Source: the human T2T-CHM13v2.0 reference genome, Homo sapiens
Strand: one strand, 5' to 3'
Length of the DNA stretch: 64,000 nt
Assembly: GCF_009914755.1 (NCBI RefSeq)
Contig: NC_060936.1
The notes beneath the pieces are model-generated. The model saw nothing but the letters and a program-made list of their open reading frames with translations. It made no database searches and was not told the DNA's origin. This document shows positions 33,615 to 48,340 of the stretch, piece after piece (within the stretch, counting starts at the first letter, position 1; each line of letters opens with the position of its first letter). A program made the translations under genes and the position numbers.

Positions 33615-35194
33615 TCTTAGTTTAGCAATTCATTTATAGAAGAAGAAATAGTCCCAGAAAGCTTATGATTTTTTTTCAAGGTCACGCTGTTTTTTGAATA
33701 ATAGCTCACAACCCTCATGCTGTGACTCCCAGGCTAGTGTTGTGTCCCTGAAGCAACACATCACAAACTTAAATGGCTAAATGCAAGAAATGTCAATAAA
33801 TGAAGCAGCCATGGGTAATAAGCTGGTGGGATTGTTGAGAACTGGACATTTCTGTCCTTTCTAAAGAAGAAAGTGATTTGATGAACTGCCTGGATGGGGT
33901 TTCTGCTCATATGCACAATGTCAGCTAAGAAAGAGCTGATTTGCTGGTGAAACATATACTGACTCTGAAGCAGACAAAGTTTAAAGAAAAAAGTGGGTGG
34001 GAGAAAGTGAGTCATACTTGGTAACATTATCTGAAACAGTAAAGAAACAGGAGATTGCAAAGTGAATCCCTATGCCTCAATACAATGATAGATTTTTAGT
34101 TTATTTGTTCGTGAACCATGATGGAAGGAAGAGAAGGTTATAGAACCAAGAACATCTTTTGCCACTGTTGGGATGATGCCTCCAACAAGTATATATAAAA
34201 TAGTAAGAGCTGTTCTTACAAAGAAAAATATTCTAATTGGTGATGATGCCTATGGTTGTTGGATGGTACTTTTTCTTCCCTTCACATATTATTATGGATG
34301 CATTTTCTTAGATGAATCTTACCTCTTTGGGAGAGATTTTATAGAATTTTCCTATTAAACTAGTGAAACATAGAATAGTACTACTGGCCTTTCTCCTGAA
34401 TGGGCCTTTACACAGTGGATGGCACATGCTGTATGTGGGAAGAAAAAGCAAATTTTCTCTGCAGAGCGGTTGATGCGAACACCACATCTCTCCTGTTAAA
34501 ATGGAATGTTAGGATTTCATAAGTGTGCTGCGGCAGTGTGTTCACCTTTGCTGCACTGATGTTTGTTATGTTGCCTTTCCTTGTTCCTAAATGCAAACAT
34601 ACATCTCAGTAGTGTTAAGATGGTAAATCTTATTAGGTATATTTTACCACAATTAAGAAAAAGAAATTAATAAAAATGTCAATAGTAATATAGTGGACCA
34701 CACAATTAGAACAAAGAAATCTCAATTCTACTTCTGGCTTGTCTATTAACTAGCAGTATGAGCTTGAACAAGTCAATAATTCTTTGTGTGTTTAGTGAAA
34801 GAATCTAAACTGTATATAATCTTAAGGCCCTATCTTCATGTTGTAACCCCCCCCTCCCAAAAAAAAAGAAAAATCTTAAGGCCCATTTCAGTGATTATAT
34901 ATTAATTCTGTTATGCTGTGATATAGGTATATTCCCTTGTTAGCATAGCACACCAGATTATCAGCTGCTGCTTAAGCTGTCCAATGTGTTGAACTTCTAA
35001 GATATAATGGAATATTTTTAATTTCAATATGCAGACAACTGAAAAACTTTAATCTTCCTGGAAGTGGAAATAGATACTTACTTCAGAATAGTCTTAAATG
35101 TGTTTCATTTAAGCTGTGTTAGATTTGATGGGCATTTCCCAAATGCCCATAGGAGTGGGAAAATGAAGGGATAGGGAATGAAAGAAAGGAGAGC

Positions 35195-35477
35195 AGCCGG
35201 GTGCGGTGGCTCACACCTGTGTAATCCCAGCACTTTGGAAGGCCGAGGTGGGTGGATTGCTTGAGTCCAGGAGTTGGAGACCAACCTGAGCAACGTGGCA
35301 AAACCCCATCTCTACTAAAAATACAAAAAATTAGCTGGTGTGGTGTCATGCACCACCAGCTACTCAGGAGGCTGAGGTGGGAAGATCGCTTGAGCCTGGG
35401 AGGCAGAGGTTGCAGTGAGCTGAGATCCCACCACAGCGCTCCAGGCTAGGTGACAGAGTGAGACCCTGTCTCAAAAA
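35195..35477 (+). mobile_element. Alu (J/S) with a (TA)n tail to ~35508
   Basis: Alu dimer followed by tatatata. Confidence 0.88.
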
Positions 35478-35799
35478 TTTTATATATATATATATATATA
35501 TATGTATATCTTAAAGGCAACTTTTCTTTATTCACTTAGAACTGAACGGTGAACTCAGAAAATTCTTTTTTGTGGCTACTCAGTTTACTAGGTTCATAAT
35601 ATAAGAAAGAAAAATGTGAAAAAAATTGAACTGTTCAATTAAAAAATTCAGTGTGCCAGTCTCACTCTCCTGGGCACCAGCAACATAGAAATGGACTAGA
35701 CAAGCCCTATCAACAAAGCCTCAGTCTGCTGAGGGGTGAGAGACATACACAAATTGACATAATATGATACAGTAAGTGCTTTGGAAATACAGATGACTG

Positions 35800-36107
<308 letters not shown>

Positions 36108-37155
36108 GGGAAATGCAGATGAAGGAGCAGTTGTGCCCCAGGAGTACTAGTTGAGGGCCAGGCTGCTGAGAAGCAGTTGAAGTAGCCTTGAAGCAAGGAT
36201 GGGAGATTGCTGGGTGAGATCAAAGATACGCTGGGATGGGGGTGAGTGAAAGTGTGAGCAATGAGTAGAGGCAAGATTGTAGATGCTGCATTTGGAGGAA
36301 TATTTCTGACTGCATAATCAGAGGTCAGAATGGCTAGAGAAATTAATACAGAGGTACAAGGCTAGATTTAGAAGAGTAAGCTAAGAACAGACTGCAATGG
36401 GCTTTTGAATGCCTGTTAAGAATATACATATTTTTTTCCTGAAAACATTAGAGACTTTTAAAAGTTTGGAAGTTTAAAAAGTTTAAAAATCTTAAAAGGT
36501 TTTTAAAACCTTTTAAGTTGCTAAAAGTTTACAATTTTCATTGAAAAAGAAGAAAATTGGCAAAGCACAGAAAATACACACAAAAACCACACCCATAATT
36601 CTACCAGTGAGAATTGCTTAGATATTTGATATTCTAGCTTGTTTTTCTGAGCTGTTTGAAAAAACATACTTGATCGCATAATGTATGGTCACTCTGTATC
36701 CTGTTTTGTTGGGTTATACATAGGTATTTCCCCCATATGAATTCAAACTTTCCATAAGCCTAATATTATCTGGCCTCAGAAACAATTAAAGCATGGAAGT
36801 GACATGATGACACATGTGTGGGTTTTTGAAAAATGAGTCAGATGAAAGGGAAAACAGATGGAGCAGGGCACGTGGTTAGGAAGCAACTGTACTAGTCCAG
36901 GTGTGAGATGAAGGGGGCCTGGATGAAGCAGAGGGTGAGAGACAAGGAAGATTCTGAGGACCTTGTGGCTAGATGTGGGGGTTAAGTCAGGTTCAACTCC
37001 TAGGCTGGATGAATTGGCAGATGGCACATGAACTACAAGAGAATGGAAGGCAGAACCTATTTTGTGGGCAAAAAATAAATTACATTTTGCAATACTGAAT
37101 TGAGGGGCTTCTTGGAAGTCCAGGTGTAGATGTCTTACAAAAATAGAATATTCTG

Positions 37156-37459
37156 GGCTGGGTGCAGTGGCTCACCCCTGTAATCCCAGCACTTTGGGAG
37201 GCCAAGGTAGGGGGATCACCTGAGGTCAGGAGTTCGAGACCAGCCTGGCCAGTATGGTGAAACCCCATCTCTACTAAAAATACAAAAATTAGCTGGGCGC
37301 AGTAGCAAGCACCTGTAGTCCCAGCTACTAGCAGGCTGAGGCAGGCGAATTGCTTGAATTCTGGATGTGGAGGTTGCAGTGAGCCTAGGTCGCACCATTG
37401 CACTCCAGCCTGGATGACAGGGTGAGACTCTCTCAAAAAAAAAAAAAAAAAAAAAAAAA
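37156..37459 (+). mobile_element. AluSx
   Basis: Alu dimer. Confidence 0.92.
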
Positions 37460-37624
37460 TTCTGGAAGCATTACAATTTATTGGTTTAGGCATGAAGGCT
37501 TTGGAATGAAAATACCTGAGTTCAAATCCCAGCCCCGTCACTTACTAGCTAGGTGACCACTGACACATCACTTTTTTTGTAATTAAAAAATTTTAATGGC
37601 TATTGCTTATTTTTTATTCTGTAT

Positions 37625-37932
37625 TTATTTATTTATTTATTTATTTTGAGACAGGGTCTCGGTCTGTTGCCCAGGCTGCCAGGCTGGAGTGCGGTGACGC
37701 TATCTCGGCTCACTACAACCTCCACGTCCTAGGTTCAAGCAATTCTCCTGCCTCAGCCTCCTGAGTACCTGGGACTACAGGCATGCACCATCACGCCTGG
37801 CTAATTTTTGTATTTTTTGTAGAGATGGGTTTTCACCATGTTGCCCAGGCTGGTCTTGAACTCCTGAGCTCAAGTGATCCACCCGCCTCAGCCTCCCAAA
37901 GTGCTGACAGGTGTGAGCCACTGTGCCTGGCC
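37625..37932 (-). mobile_element. Alu (S/J)
   Basis: Antisense Alu, tail-to-tail with the 37156 copy. Confidence 0.9.
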
Positions 37933-39199
37933 AGACACATCACTTTAACAAACTCTCCAGGCCATGGCTTCCTGACATGTTGAAATCATTGAGATGACAG
38001 GAAGGAAAGTAATGGTGTGGGTTTGAGAGAAGGAAGTAGAGTTGCTAATTAGGTTAGTTTTGTACTCTTATACTAAGTTTATGGTTCCTGCAAAACATCC
38101 ATTTGGAGATATTAATTAAGCAAGTGGAACTGTGGATCCAGAGCCCAGGAAAGAGGGTAAGAATGTTAAGAGGATGGTGCATGAGGGTGTGATTAACATT
38201 GCCAAAGCAGAATGTGTAGGAACAGGAAATGGGCCAAGAGTTGAGCCATGAAGCACAAACAATAGAAAAGGATGTTTAATAAATTGTCCAAGAGGAGAAA
38301 GAAGAGAGAACAGTGTTTTGGAACCACAGGGATGGAGGGGAATGGGGTAGGGGTGCAGGCATATTGGAAAGCTTTAAGGAAAAAAGCATGGTCAGCATTT
38401 AGAATATGGAACTAGGAGTTAACTTGGAGACCTAGCCTTTAGTAGGCCTTGATAGCTAACTAGCTGTATACTAGTATATAACTTGGTGAACTTGAGTAAT
38501 TGAACAAAGTTGAGCAAATGTATATTGCACATAGGCTATGGGCAAGGCACCGCAGTAAATACAAAGAAGAAACTTACAGTTGAGATGGAGAGTTAAGACA
38601 ACAAATGACCATTACTCAAGATATCCTGAAGTAAAGGGAAAAGGCCTCACTGATAAAGCTAAGGTTTACATCATGGCTATTAGTGTGAATTCACTGTTGT
38701 TAGCAGAAACGGAGAAGTCATGGAGAATCTAGGACGGACTGAGGGACCACAGCACGGAGGTAGCTTGCAGGCTTGGTGATTGAAGTGTCGATTTGGGCAG
38801 TCCTCTGCCAAGACCAGCAAGAAGTCCTCCAGGTGCAAGACTTGGAGCTTGGAGAAGGTGGCTGTTGTGGCAACAGTGACCATGATTCTGAGAGCATCGG
38901 GCAAAGACTATAGAGCCAATCAGAAGTCTTCCCAGCATTGCTGAGTGGCCTGGAATTCAAGAAAGAGAAAAAGCAAACTTGGAGTGGGAATTAGCCAGGA
39001 TCAGCAAGTCAGCAGTGCCAAGAGAACAAAGGATGGGGTTTAACAGAACGTTGAGTTGAACCAGGAGAATTGGGAAAGATCAGGTGCTTAGAGGTCACAG
39101 CGTGTAGAAAGACCCAGTTTAGTTGAGTGTGAGAGAAATGGAAAGCTAAAATCTTGCTTTATATGGGGTTAAAAACAAATTAAAAAGCCAGATACCTAA

Positions 39200-39430
39200 C
39201 CTAGTGATCAGGAACACAGACTCAAGAGCCAGGTCCTCTAGATTTGAATCCCACTCAGCTACTTACTAGCTCTGTGACCTTGAGCAGATTACTTCAACCT
39301 CCCTGTGCCTCAGTTTCCTCATCTGTAAAATGGAGATAACATATCTACCTTGTAACATTATGAGGTATAGATCATGTACTAGTTGTAAAGTACTTTAGAA
39401 CAGTGCCTTGGCATATAAAAGCTATGTGTT
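39200..39430 (+). mobile_element. MIR
   Basis: acttactagctctgtgaccttgagcagattactt...cctcagtttcctcatctgtaaaatgg core. Confidence 0.85.
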
Positions 39431-40040
39431 TATTAATTAAACATCCTGTTTCCTCACTTGTGAATCAAGATCAATAGACTCAAAGCCTAATATGTCATTT
39501 AATAGATCCAAATTTCAACACATTCTGCCAGGTTAATACCAGCACCTCTCTTTCAGTTCTCCCACTGTAGGATACACAGAGAAGTTTGCATACCACCTCT
39601 TTTTTAACTTAGGGTTCCTGTATTTTGTTTCTCCTGCCTGAGGACTGTTGGTTATTACCACATGATGTACTCTCATTAGTGTATACAAGGTTCTGACTTA
39701 ACAGAATTAACATAAAGCGTTTATAAATGACTGAGATACTTTGATGACTAAGTCTTTAGACAGGTTAATTCAGTTATTTAATGTGTATACATATTCAGTT
39801 TTTCTTGGTGCCTGTTCTTTAATTTCTATAAAACTCAAAGGACTCTTTAGTGTAACTTACACTACATAGATTATAAGAAGACCAAAGTTGTTCTCTCTTC
39901 ACCACCACTTACTTCCTGTCTGATCTTGTGCAAGTAACCAAACTTTTTTTCTTTGTGCAACCTCTGTTTCCCCCTCCTCCCCATGTCACGAAAGAACGTA
40001 ATTGAAACCTTCAGATTAAAAGCTCTCACTTTTAACTCTC

Positions 40041-40087
40041 CTTGAACCCAGGAGGCAGAGGTTGCAGTGAGCTGAGATTGTGCCATT
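40041..40087 (+). mobile_element. 47-nt internal Alu fragment, tailless, between 9-bp direct repeats
   Basis: cttgaacccaggaggcagaggttgcagtgagctgagattgtgccatt flanked by TTAACTCTC. Confidence 0.85.
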
Positions 40088-40248
40088 AACTCTCACTCAT
40101 TGTTCTCCCCTCTTATTTCAAGTTTTGAATTGGATAGTGTGGAAGACCTAAGTTTGGGAAAATATTGGTGGTAAGTCACAAGTAGGCCTGGACTACTTCT
40201 TGAAGCTTCTTGAAGGATCATGCCGAGCTGACAGCCTGTTGATGCTTA

Positions 40249-40646
<398 letters not shown>

Positions 40647-40814
40647 CTAGTGATAAATTCCCTACTGTTAACAAATAGTTCTTGAGACCTCATGACCCTT
40701 TTGATGGCATTTATGACATGATCTTATTTGACCATGAAACCTGTGTTTTATTCCTCTACCTCCTGGTTTTCTTGTTCCCCAAATCCAGAGGGATTTCTCC
40801 TCATGCAAAAGGCT

Positions 40815-41040
40815 GTAGCAGAGCACAAGTTGGTTTTCACAGACCCGGGTTTGAATCCTGGCTCATTCGCTTACTAGCTGTATGACTTTGGGCAAGTTAC
40901 TTAACCTCATGATGGCACAGCTTCCTCATCTATAAAATGAGAGTGATAATACTCCTGCTTCACAGATGGATTAGGATTACAAGAGATAACTCATGTGCAG
41001 TACATAGAATAGTGCACGTAGTAAGTATTCATTAAATAGT
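40815..41040 (+). mobile_element. MIR
   Basis: gggtttgaatcctggctc...cttactagctgtatgactttgggcaagttacttaacctc. Confidence 0.85.
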
Positions 41041-42324
41041 GGTGGTTGTCACCATCTCTCACTTGTGATAGCTTCCTTGATTTCCCAGCTCCTTAGTTTC
41101 ATGATAAAGAATCTGCAGAACTTTGGAATATCACAGAACAAAGATGTCTAATACAAGTAATAGGTTAGACCAATTATGTGACATTCAAATGTCCTTGTGA
41201 TCTAATTTTAATTTAACAGCCTGCAGCCCCAATGAAGGCTTCAGTTTGTGACAAGACATATAAAATGACATATCAAAGTGTTGATGCATCTGATAAATTG
41301 TGGTACAAAATCAAATATTCATTCCCTAAGTTGACTCAACTTCTTTACCAGAGAATGGGCTTTAGGGACCACAGAGATGTATGTACCTGTACAAAGGGTA
41401 CCCACTCTCTTTCCATAGAAGAATATAATTAACTAACTGACAGCAGATTTGAATAGAAACTTCCCATGATTAAGAAATATTCATTCATGTCCTATAAAAA
41501 CCTGATAATTTACTTAGGTCATTTACGTACATTTTGTTTTGACTATAACCTCTAATAAGTAGATAGGAAAAGCTGCAAAACCTTTTAGTAGCTTTTGGTA
41601 TATGTTTTTAGGAAAATTCTTCCTACCTAAAATGAAATCACATATGAGAACATGTGCTGAAGAGTCATAAAGAATAATATTGTCTGATTCATTTTAAAAT
41701 AATTGAAGATTTTGCATTTGAAGCATCTCTCAGGAAATCATAATTGTTTTTAGCATTTACAACATTCTTCCCAGAAGATCTGCTCCCCGACTTGGTAGCT
41801 TCGAGGCACATGGCAGGGTGGATGGCACCAAGATTTTGAAGAATGAATCGCTGATGCCACCCAAGTGTTTCTGCCTATCCAGTTAATGAACTCTGTGAGC
41901 TGCAGTGGGGGCCCTTTGTTCTGCCTCCAGCCATATGGGAGAGTCATGCCAAAAGGTCTGAACAGAGCTGCAGGATCTGGTGACACCTGAAAATGAGGAG
42001 GCAGGACTGACACTGCAGTACATTCATGAAGCAGTGGGCTACAGTGACTAACAACCAGGCCGAACCTAAGCCCAGAGAGAAAGGAGCAGATCTCTCCCAA
42101 AGGGTACTGGAGGTGTGAAGGCAGACAGTAACAGCCTAGGAAGTGCATTACACAGAAAGAGGAAAGTTAATTGCATACTCTGTTACTGTAAGAGGAGTGT
42201 AACTTTTGGTGCTGATAGCTTAGATATCCTCTTGTGTATTTTTATTTTGAGGCAATACTCTGGGAATCACCTTTCAATTTATGAGTATAGCATTGTGTAT
42301 GTATTTGTAAGGTAAAAATTAATA

Positions 42325-42523
42325 TATTTATTTATTTATTTATTTTTTGAGACAGAGTCTCACTCTTTCGCCCAGGCTGCGGTGCAATGGTGTGATCTCG
42401 GCTCACTGTAGCCTCCGCTTCCTGGGTTCAAGCGATTCTCCTGCTTCAGCCTCCTGAGTAGCTGGGACTACAGGCGTGCGCCACCATTCCCAGCTAATTT
42501 TTGTATTTTCAGTAGAGATGGGA
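42325..42523 (-). mobile_element. 5'-truncated AluS ending in a hairpin
   Basis: Right arm and linker only; stops at agtagagatggg. Confidence 0.88.
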
Positions 42524-42600
42524 TTTTAAAAGTATCTTACTTTTGATATCTCTATTTAAAATAAAGGGATATCAAAAGTAAGATTCTTTTAAAATCCCAT
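42518..42600. repeat. Near-perfect hairpin, 36-bp arms, 11-nt loop
   Basis: ATGGGATTTTAAAAGTATCTTACTTTTGATATCTCT / AGGGATATCAAAAGTAAGATTCTTTTAAAATCCCAT. Confidence 0.95.
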
Positions 42601-43319
42601 TTTTGAAAAACTATAAATTATATTTTAATCATAAATTATGTTGAAAAGTCAAGCTTTTTTTCTTAGACTTCAGTAGAAGAAAATGGGATTATATATTAAA
42701 TTAATAGTGCATGACTATTACTGTTTCCCAAAGGACTGCAAGAATAAATGGCTTCATGGTAAAGCGCTAAGCACAAGTAGTGGTTATGTAACTTTGAAGT
42801 GCCCAATGTTAAGAAACAGTATTTACCTATTTAGCTTTCCTGTTTAAAAAAAATATCAGGCTATAGCCCCAATGTACCAGCAATTTTAAGACTACTTTAT
42901 TATTTATATGTAATTCTAATATAGTAATAAAGCCCCATGCATGCAAATAAATCATCTATTTCTCCTTAAATATCCTTATAGATGAGTTTCCTTAAATAAG
43001 TTTTTAAAGTTGGAAGCCACCATATTATTACTTCAAAATGACTGTATTTTGTATACCTAATAATTACTAAAATGCTGAAAAGTATCTCTTTAATAGAATT
43101 TATGTTGGAAAAAAATAATATATAAATTAAAGTATGTAGTAGTACCACTTTTCATTTCCAGGTGGATTTTGTAAGCAGATAGTTGGTGATTTGTCAGTCT
43201 GTCTATTTACAGGCACATATCACAGTCTTGGGTTTTGTTGAAAGAAAGATGATAGTGAGAGCCAAGGTATATCATGAATAGTAACTTAAAATCATGTACT
43301 TGCCTATATGATACAGTTA

Positions 43320-43520
43320 CTTTCTAACTCTGTGACCTTGGGTAAGTAACCTGGCCTCTTTGAGCCTCAGGATTTTGTTTTGTTGTATGTGTGCTGTCTG
43401 TAAAATAGAAATAATAATGGTATTTATTGTTGTAAGGATTCATCAGTTTATGTAAAATAATTATAACAGTGTCTGGCATACAATAATCAGTGAATAAGTG
43501 TTAGTTTTTGTTATTATGGT
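43320..43520 (+). mobile_element. MIR
   Basis: tgtgaccttgggtaagtaac...ctctttgagcctcag...tctgtaaaatag. Confidence 0.7.
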
Positions 43521-44109
43521 GGTATTATTATTGCTGTTTTAATTGACCTAAAGCAAGGCACAATTAGTCCGTGATTTACTCATCTCCATCCCAAAATCCC
43601 TAGTAACTTTTCTGCAAACCTATATGTAAGTGAGTGATTAAACCGTATGTTGTCAGCAAACTTACTTTTTGCTTATCCTTGTGTTGGCTTTGTCAGGGTT
43701 AGGGACCTAACATGTAGAAGATGGTCTGTGTGGAGAGAGCATAGCTTTTGCTAATAACTGCTGGCATCCCCCTTGGATTTTGCAAAATCTGACCAGGATA
43801 TCCACAATTGCCAAGTTCAGCTAAAGCATGCTTTGCAGTCAGCAAAGATTATTCTGATAAGCTTCCTATTTAAGATCCTGTAGGATTGTGGAGGACCTCA
43901 GGGGTGACTTCATTGCATAGCAGTAATACACAGTTATATCTGTTAGTTAACATACTCCCTGATTCATGAAAGATGTATTATTTTATCATGGCACAAGTTC
44001 TGCCAGGTTGCTGTCTTTAAAGATATTGTCAGAATTAGAATCAGAACATAGGATATGAGTGAGTCAAAACGATACATCAGCACTATCAGAATAAAACCAA
44101 GGTCTTGAA

Positions 44110-44975
44110 AAGAATAGGCTACTGCTACTAATAACAACATGCATGTATTTCAAATGAATTTTGCTGAATGACAGAAACAAGACTAAGAAGGCACATGCAT
44201 TTACATGACATTATAGAAAGGAAAGATCACTAGGTACCAGGATCTGGTGGTAGGAGCATAGAGGGGGTTGATTACAAAGGGGCACAAAAATAGTTGAGGC
44301 ATGATGAAATATTCCATATCTTGATTATGGTAGTGGTTATATCAGAGGTCCTCAGCCCGTAGGCCACGGACTGGTACCAGCTGGTCTGTGGCCTGTTAGG
44401 GATGTGGCCTTTTGAGTGGTGGGGCAGGCGAGCAAGTAAGTGAAGCTTCATCTGTATTTACAGGCTTGCTCCCCATCACTCACGTTACCATCTGAGCTCC
44501 ACCTCCTGTCAGATCAGCAGCAGCATTAGATTCTCATAGGAACTTGAACCCTATTGTGAACTGCACATGCGAGGGATCTAAGTTGCATGCTCCTTATGAG
44601 AATCTAATGACCGATGATCTGTCGCTGTCTCCCATCACTCCCAGATGGGACTGTCTAGTTGCAGGAAAACAAGATCAGGTCTCCCACTGATTCAACATTA
44701 TGGTGAGTTGTATAATTACTTCCTTACATATTACAATGTAATAATAATAGAAATAAAGTACACAATAAATGTAATGTGCTTAAATCATCCTGAAACCATC
44801 CCTCTCTCCCCACCCCAACCCAGTCAATGGAAAAACTGTCTTCCACAGAACCGGTCCCTGGTGCCAAAAAGGTTGGGGACCTCTGGGTTACATTATCACA
44901 TGCATTTGTCAAAACTCCTGGAACTGTACACCAAAAAGGGTAAATTTTACTGTTTATAAATTATGCCTCAACCAT
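44110..44975 (+). mobile_element. L1ME-like 3' end interrupted by MER1A
   Basis: gattacaaaggggcac...tatcttgattatggtagtggtt | catttgtcaaaactc...gaactgtacacc...aaattatgcctcaa. Confidence 0.65.
44343..44885. mobile_element. MER1A (hAT-Charlie), full length
   Basis: TIRs CAGAGGTCC...GGACCTCTG; 8-bp TSD GGTTATAT/GGTTACAT. Confidence 0.9.
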
Positions 44976-44997
44976 TCTGGCTTAGAAAAGCAAAATA

Positions 44998-45319
<322 letters not shown>

Positions 45320-46900
45320 TTACAATGTTGATGCAGGGGAATATTTCCTGTGAATATGAAGGACAGCATATTCCTGTATCTTCCTCTGAAATATTGATAG
45401 GTGTCTTATGTAATTACTATGCATTTATGTTTACTTATTACAGGATGGAAAGTCACATTTTTATCCCACAATGTATTTAAGTTTTATCTCTTTTTCCTTA
45501 TAAGTAGTAATTGCTTAAAAATTACTTAGGTTTTTAAATTTCATGGAGTATCCTGCATATGTATCATATATCAACCAGGATGCTTCTGGCCACAAGTAAC
45601 ACTAAGCCCGGCCTAAACAATAATGAAGTTTATTGGCTTCATTCCTGTGGTTATGGAATCGTTGCTCATAGCACTTAAGCCTCCATATACTCTCATTCTC
45701 TGGGAGCCTGAAATGTCTTCCCATTGGGCTCTGCCTTAAGAGTAGGAAGCTTCCTATTGCCAAAGCCTTCAGTATATATTTCCTCATATCTCATTGTCTC
45801 CAGAACCAATCACTATGAACTTGGATTCTTACACTATTCAGGGCCCCACCTTTTGATCTGGAAATAAGGTCTGTTTCCCTAGAGGAACTGACTGTATAGT
45901 AGTAATATATACACTAACCCAATCTGGATACTATTAAGAAATGAGGGGTGGGAAATATGCCAGGCTGGCAACCAACAATGCCAGTACTTTATCCCGAATT
46001 GTATTAAGTTAAATCCAAACTTTGACTAATTGTGGAATTAGATGACTGCATAGTTCTTATTTCCATATTTCTGAGACCACAAATTATTTAAACACTATTA
46101 TATTGCTATACCTGAGGACTTCACCTAAAAATACCTCATTTCAATGCCACTGTAAGAAACAACACATTAACTTTACATATTGAAAGGATCTTGTGTGTAA
46201 AGTGTAAAGCATGAAGTAGATCTCATGTGGTGAACATAGTGAAGTATTCATAGAACTTAATAGCATTTATACGCAGTTTAAAATATAGTATTTATACCTA
46301 AGTTAGACACTGGCTTAAAATATACTTTGGTCTACTTTGCTTTTAGAGTTTTGCCTATACTTTATAATCTGCTACAGAGAAAGGGAGGGTATTTCAGCAA
46401 AGTACTAGATAGAAAGTTTTCAATACAAAGATTTGCATATGAAAGATAAAATGCCTTCTAATAGGACCAAGCCCAAGGGCTTTGAATAGTTGAAGAAGGC
46501 CCCATGGACAAGAATTGGAAATGCAGCAGTCAAAAGAAAAGCGTCTTAGACACCTAGAGAGCTACAATAGCAAGAGCATATGCCAGGCAGAGAGGATGGA
46601 AAGAAGAAAGGTTTAGAGATAACCAGGGACACGTTTGGATAATAATCAAACATGCATTTGAGTGATGTGTTTGGAGGGAATGGTGCCTGTGATGATAAAA
46701 GTTTGAGGAAGTGAGTAGAGGTTTGAATAACCCTGAATGTACATAGTATGGATTTTGTCCTGTCAGTGAGAGGAAGACTACTGAAGGCTTTTCTTTCTAT
46801 GAAAGTAGAATTATGTATGCAATGGAAAGTTTTTTTTTTTTTAAGTTTAGAATTTTCTTTTCTCTTTAAGAGAAATAGTCCTGGAGAAGTACATGGAAGG

Positions 46901-47202
<302 letters not shown>

Positions 47203-48134
47203 GAGAAGTACATGGAAGGATATAACTTTGTTATATATTTTTCTCAGAGCAGAAATCTTCGCATATACATTAGAAAGATTTCCACAAAACAACTGACAAA
47301 ATACAAAAATAAAAACATTCAGAGACAATGGCTTAATTATTTGGAAATACTGTTTCTTTTTAGTATTTATAAGGATTAATTCATTCTTGACAATGCTTTA
47401 TAAATGTGGAACAAAGGAAAGTTTTAGAAAGATCCCTCATACAGCAATACAGAAGGTAAATTCACGCCACAAAATATTGTAATCAGATCATTTGATAGCT
47501 ATTGATTGGTCTGGGCTTGAGAAGAGATGAGCGAAACAGGGTGGCAGTGTTGAGAGCTTAAAGGATGAATGCTAAAGACATAGTATCATAAGTAGGACTT
47601 GGTAGCAGTCAGGATGCCATGGTAGAGAAATAAGTTTAATTCAAGATTCCAAAGCCAGATAATTGTACCATTACCAGGAGGAGAAAATTAGGAGTTAATA
47701 GTAGGGTAGAGGTTTCTCAGAAAAGATGAATTTGGTCTTGTGTTGTCAGCATGTCAAAGTAGTAATAAATGTCCAGCAATAGTTAGGTATGTGATTGCTA
47801 CTCATTCATTCATTTGTTCGGCAATATTGTATTGAATACCAATGTTTTTATTGAAGCATTGTAGTAGGCACAGGAGATACAGCAGCTAACAAGGAAAAAA
47901 TGTTTCTGTCATCATGAAACTGGCAGAGTTATATAAATATATTTAAGGCTTAAATAAATACATACTGAAGAAATAAAGTGGAATTAATACAAAATAAAAT
48001 GGGCAGACAGAGGTGAGGGGGAGCGTAAATGAAACAAGATTAACAATGAGTTGATACTTGTTGAATCTCATTGATGGGCATGTGGGGGTTCACTTTACTG
48101 TTTTCTGTATTATTTGATTGAAGTTTTTCTTTCT

Positions 48135-48340
48135 GTTTTTTTGAGATAGGGTCTTGCTCTGTCACCCAGGCTAGAGTGCAGTGGCACAGTCATGGCTTAC
48201 ACAGCCTCAACCTCCTCCCATCTCTGCCTCCCAAGTAGCTGGGACTACAGATGTGCGTCACCACGCCTGTGCTCAAGTGATCCTCCCTCCTCTACCTCCC
48301 AATATGTTGGAATGACAGGCATGAGCCACTGCGGCTGGCC
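48135..48340 (-). mobile_element. AluJ (internally deleted)
   Basis: Antisense Alu about 400 nt upstream of exon 48744. Confidence 0.82.
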
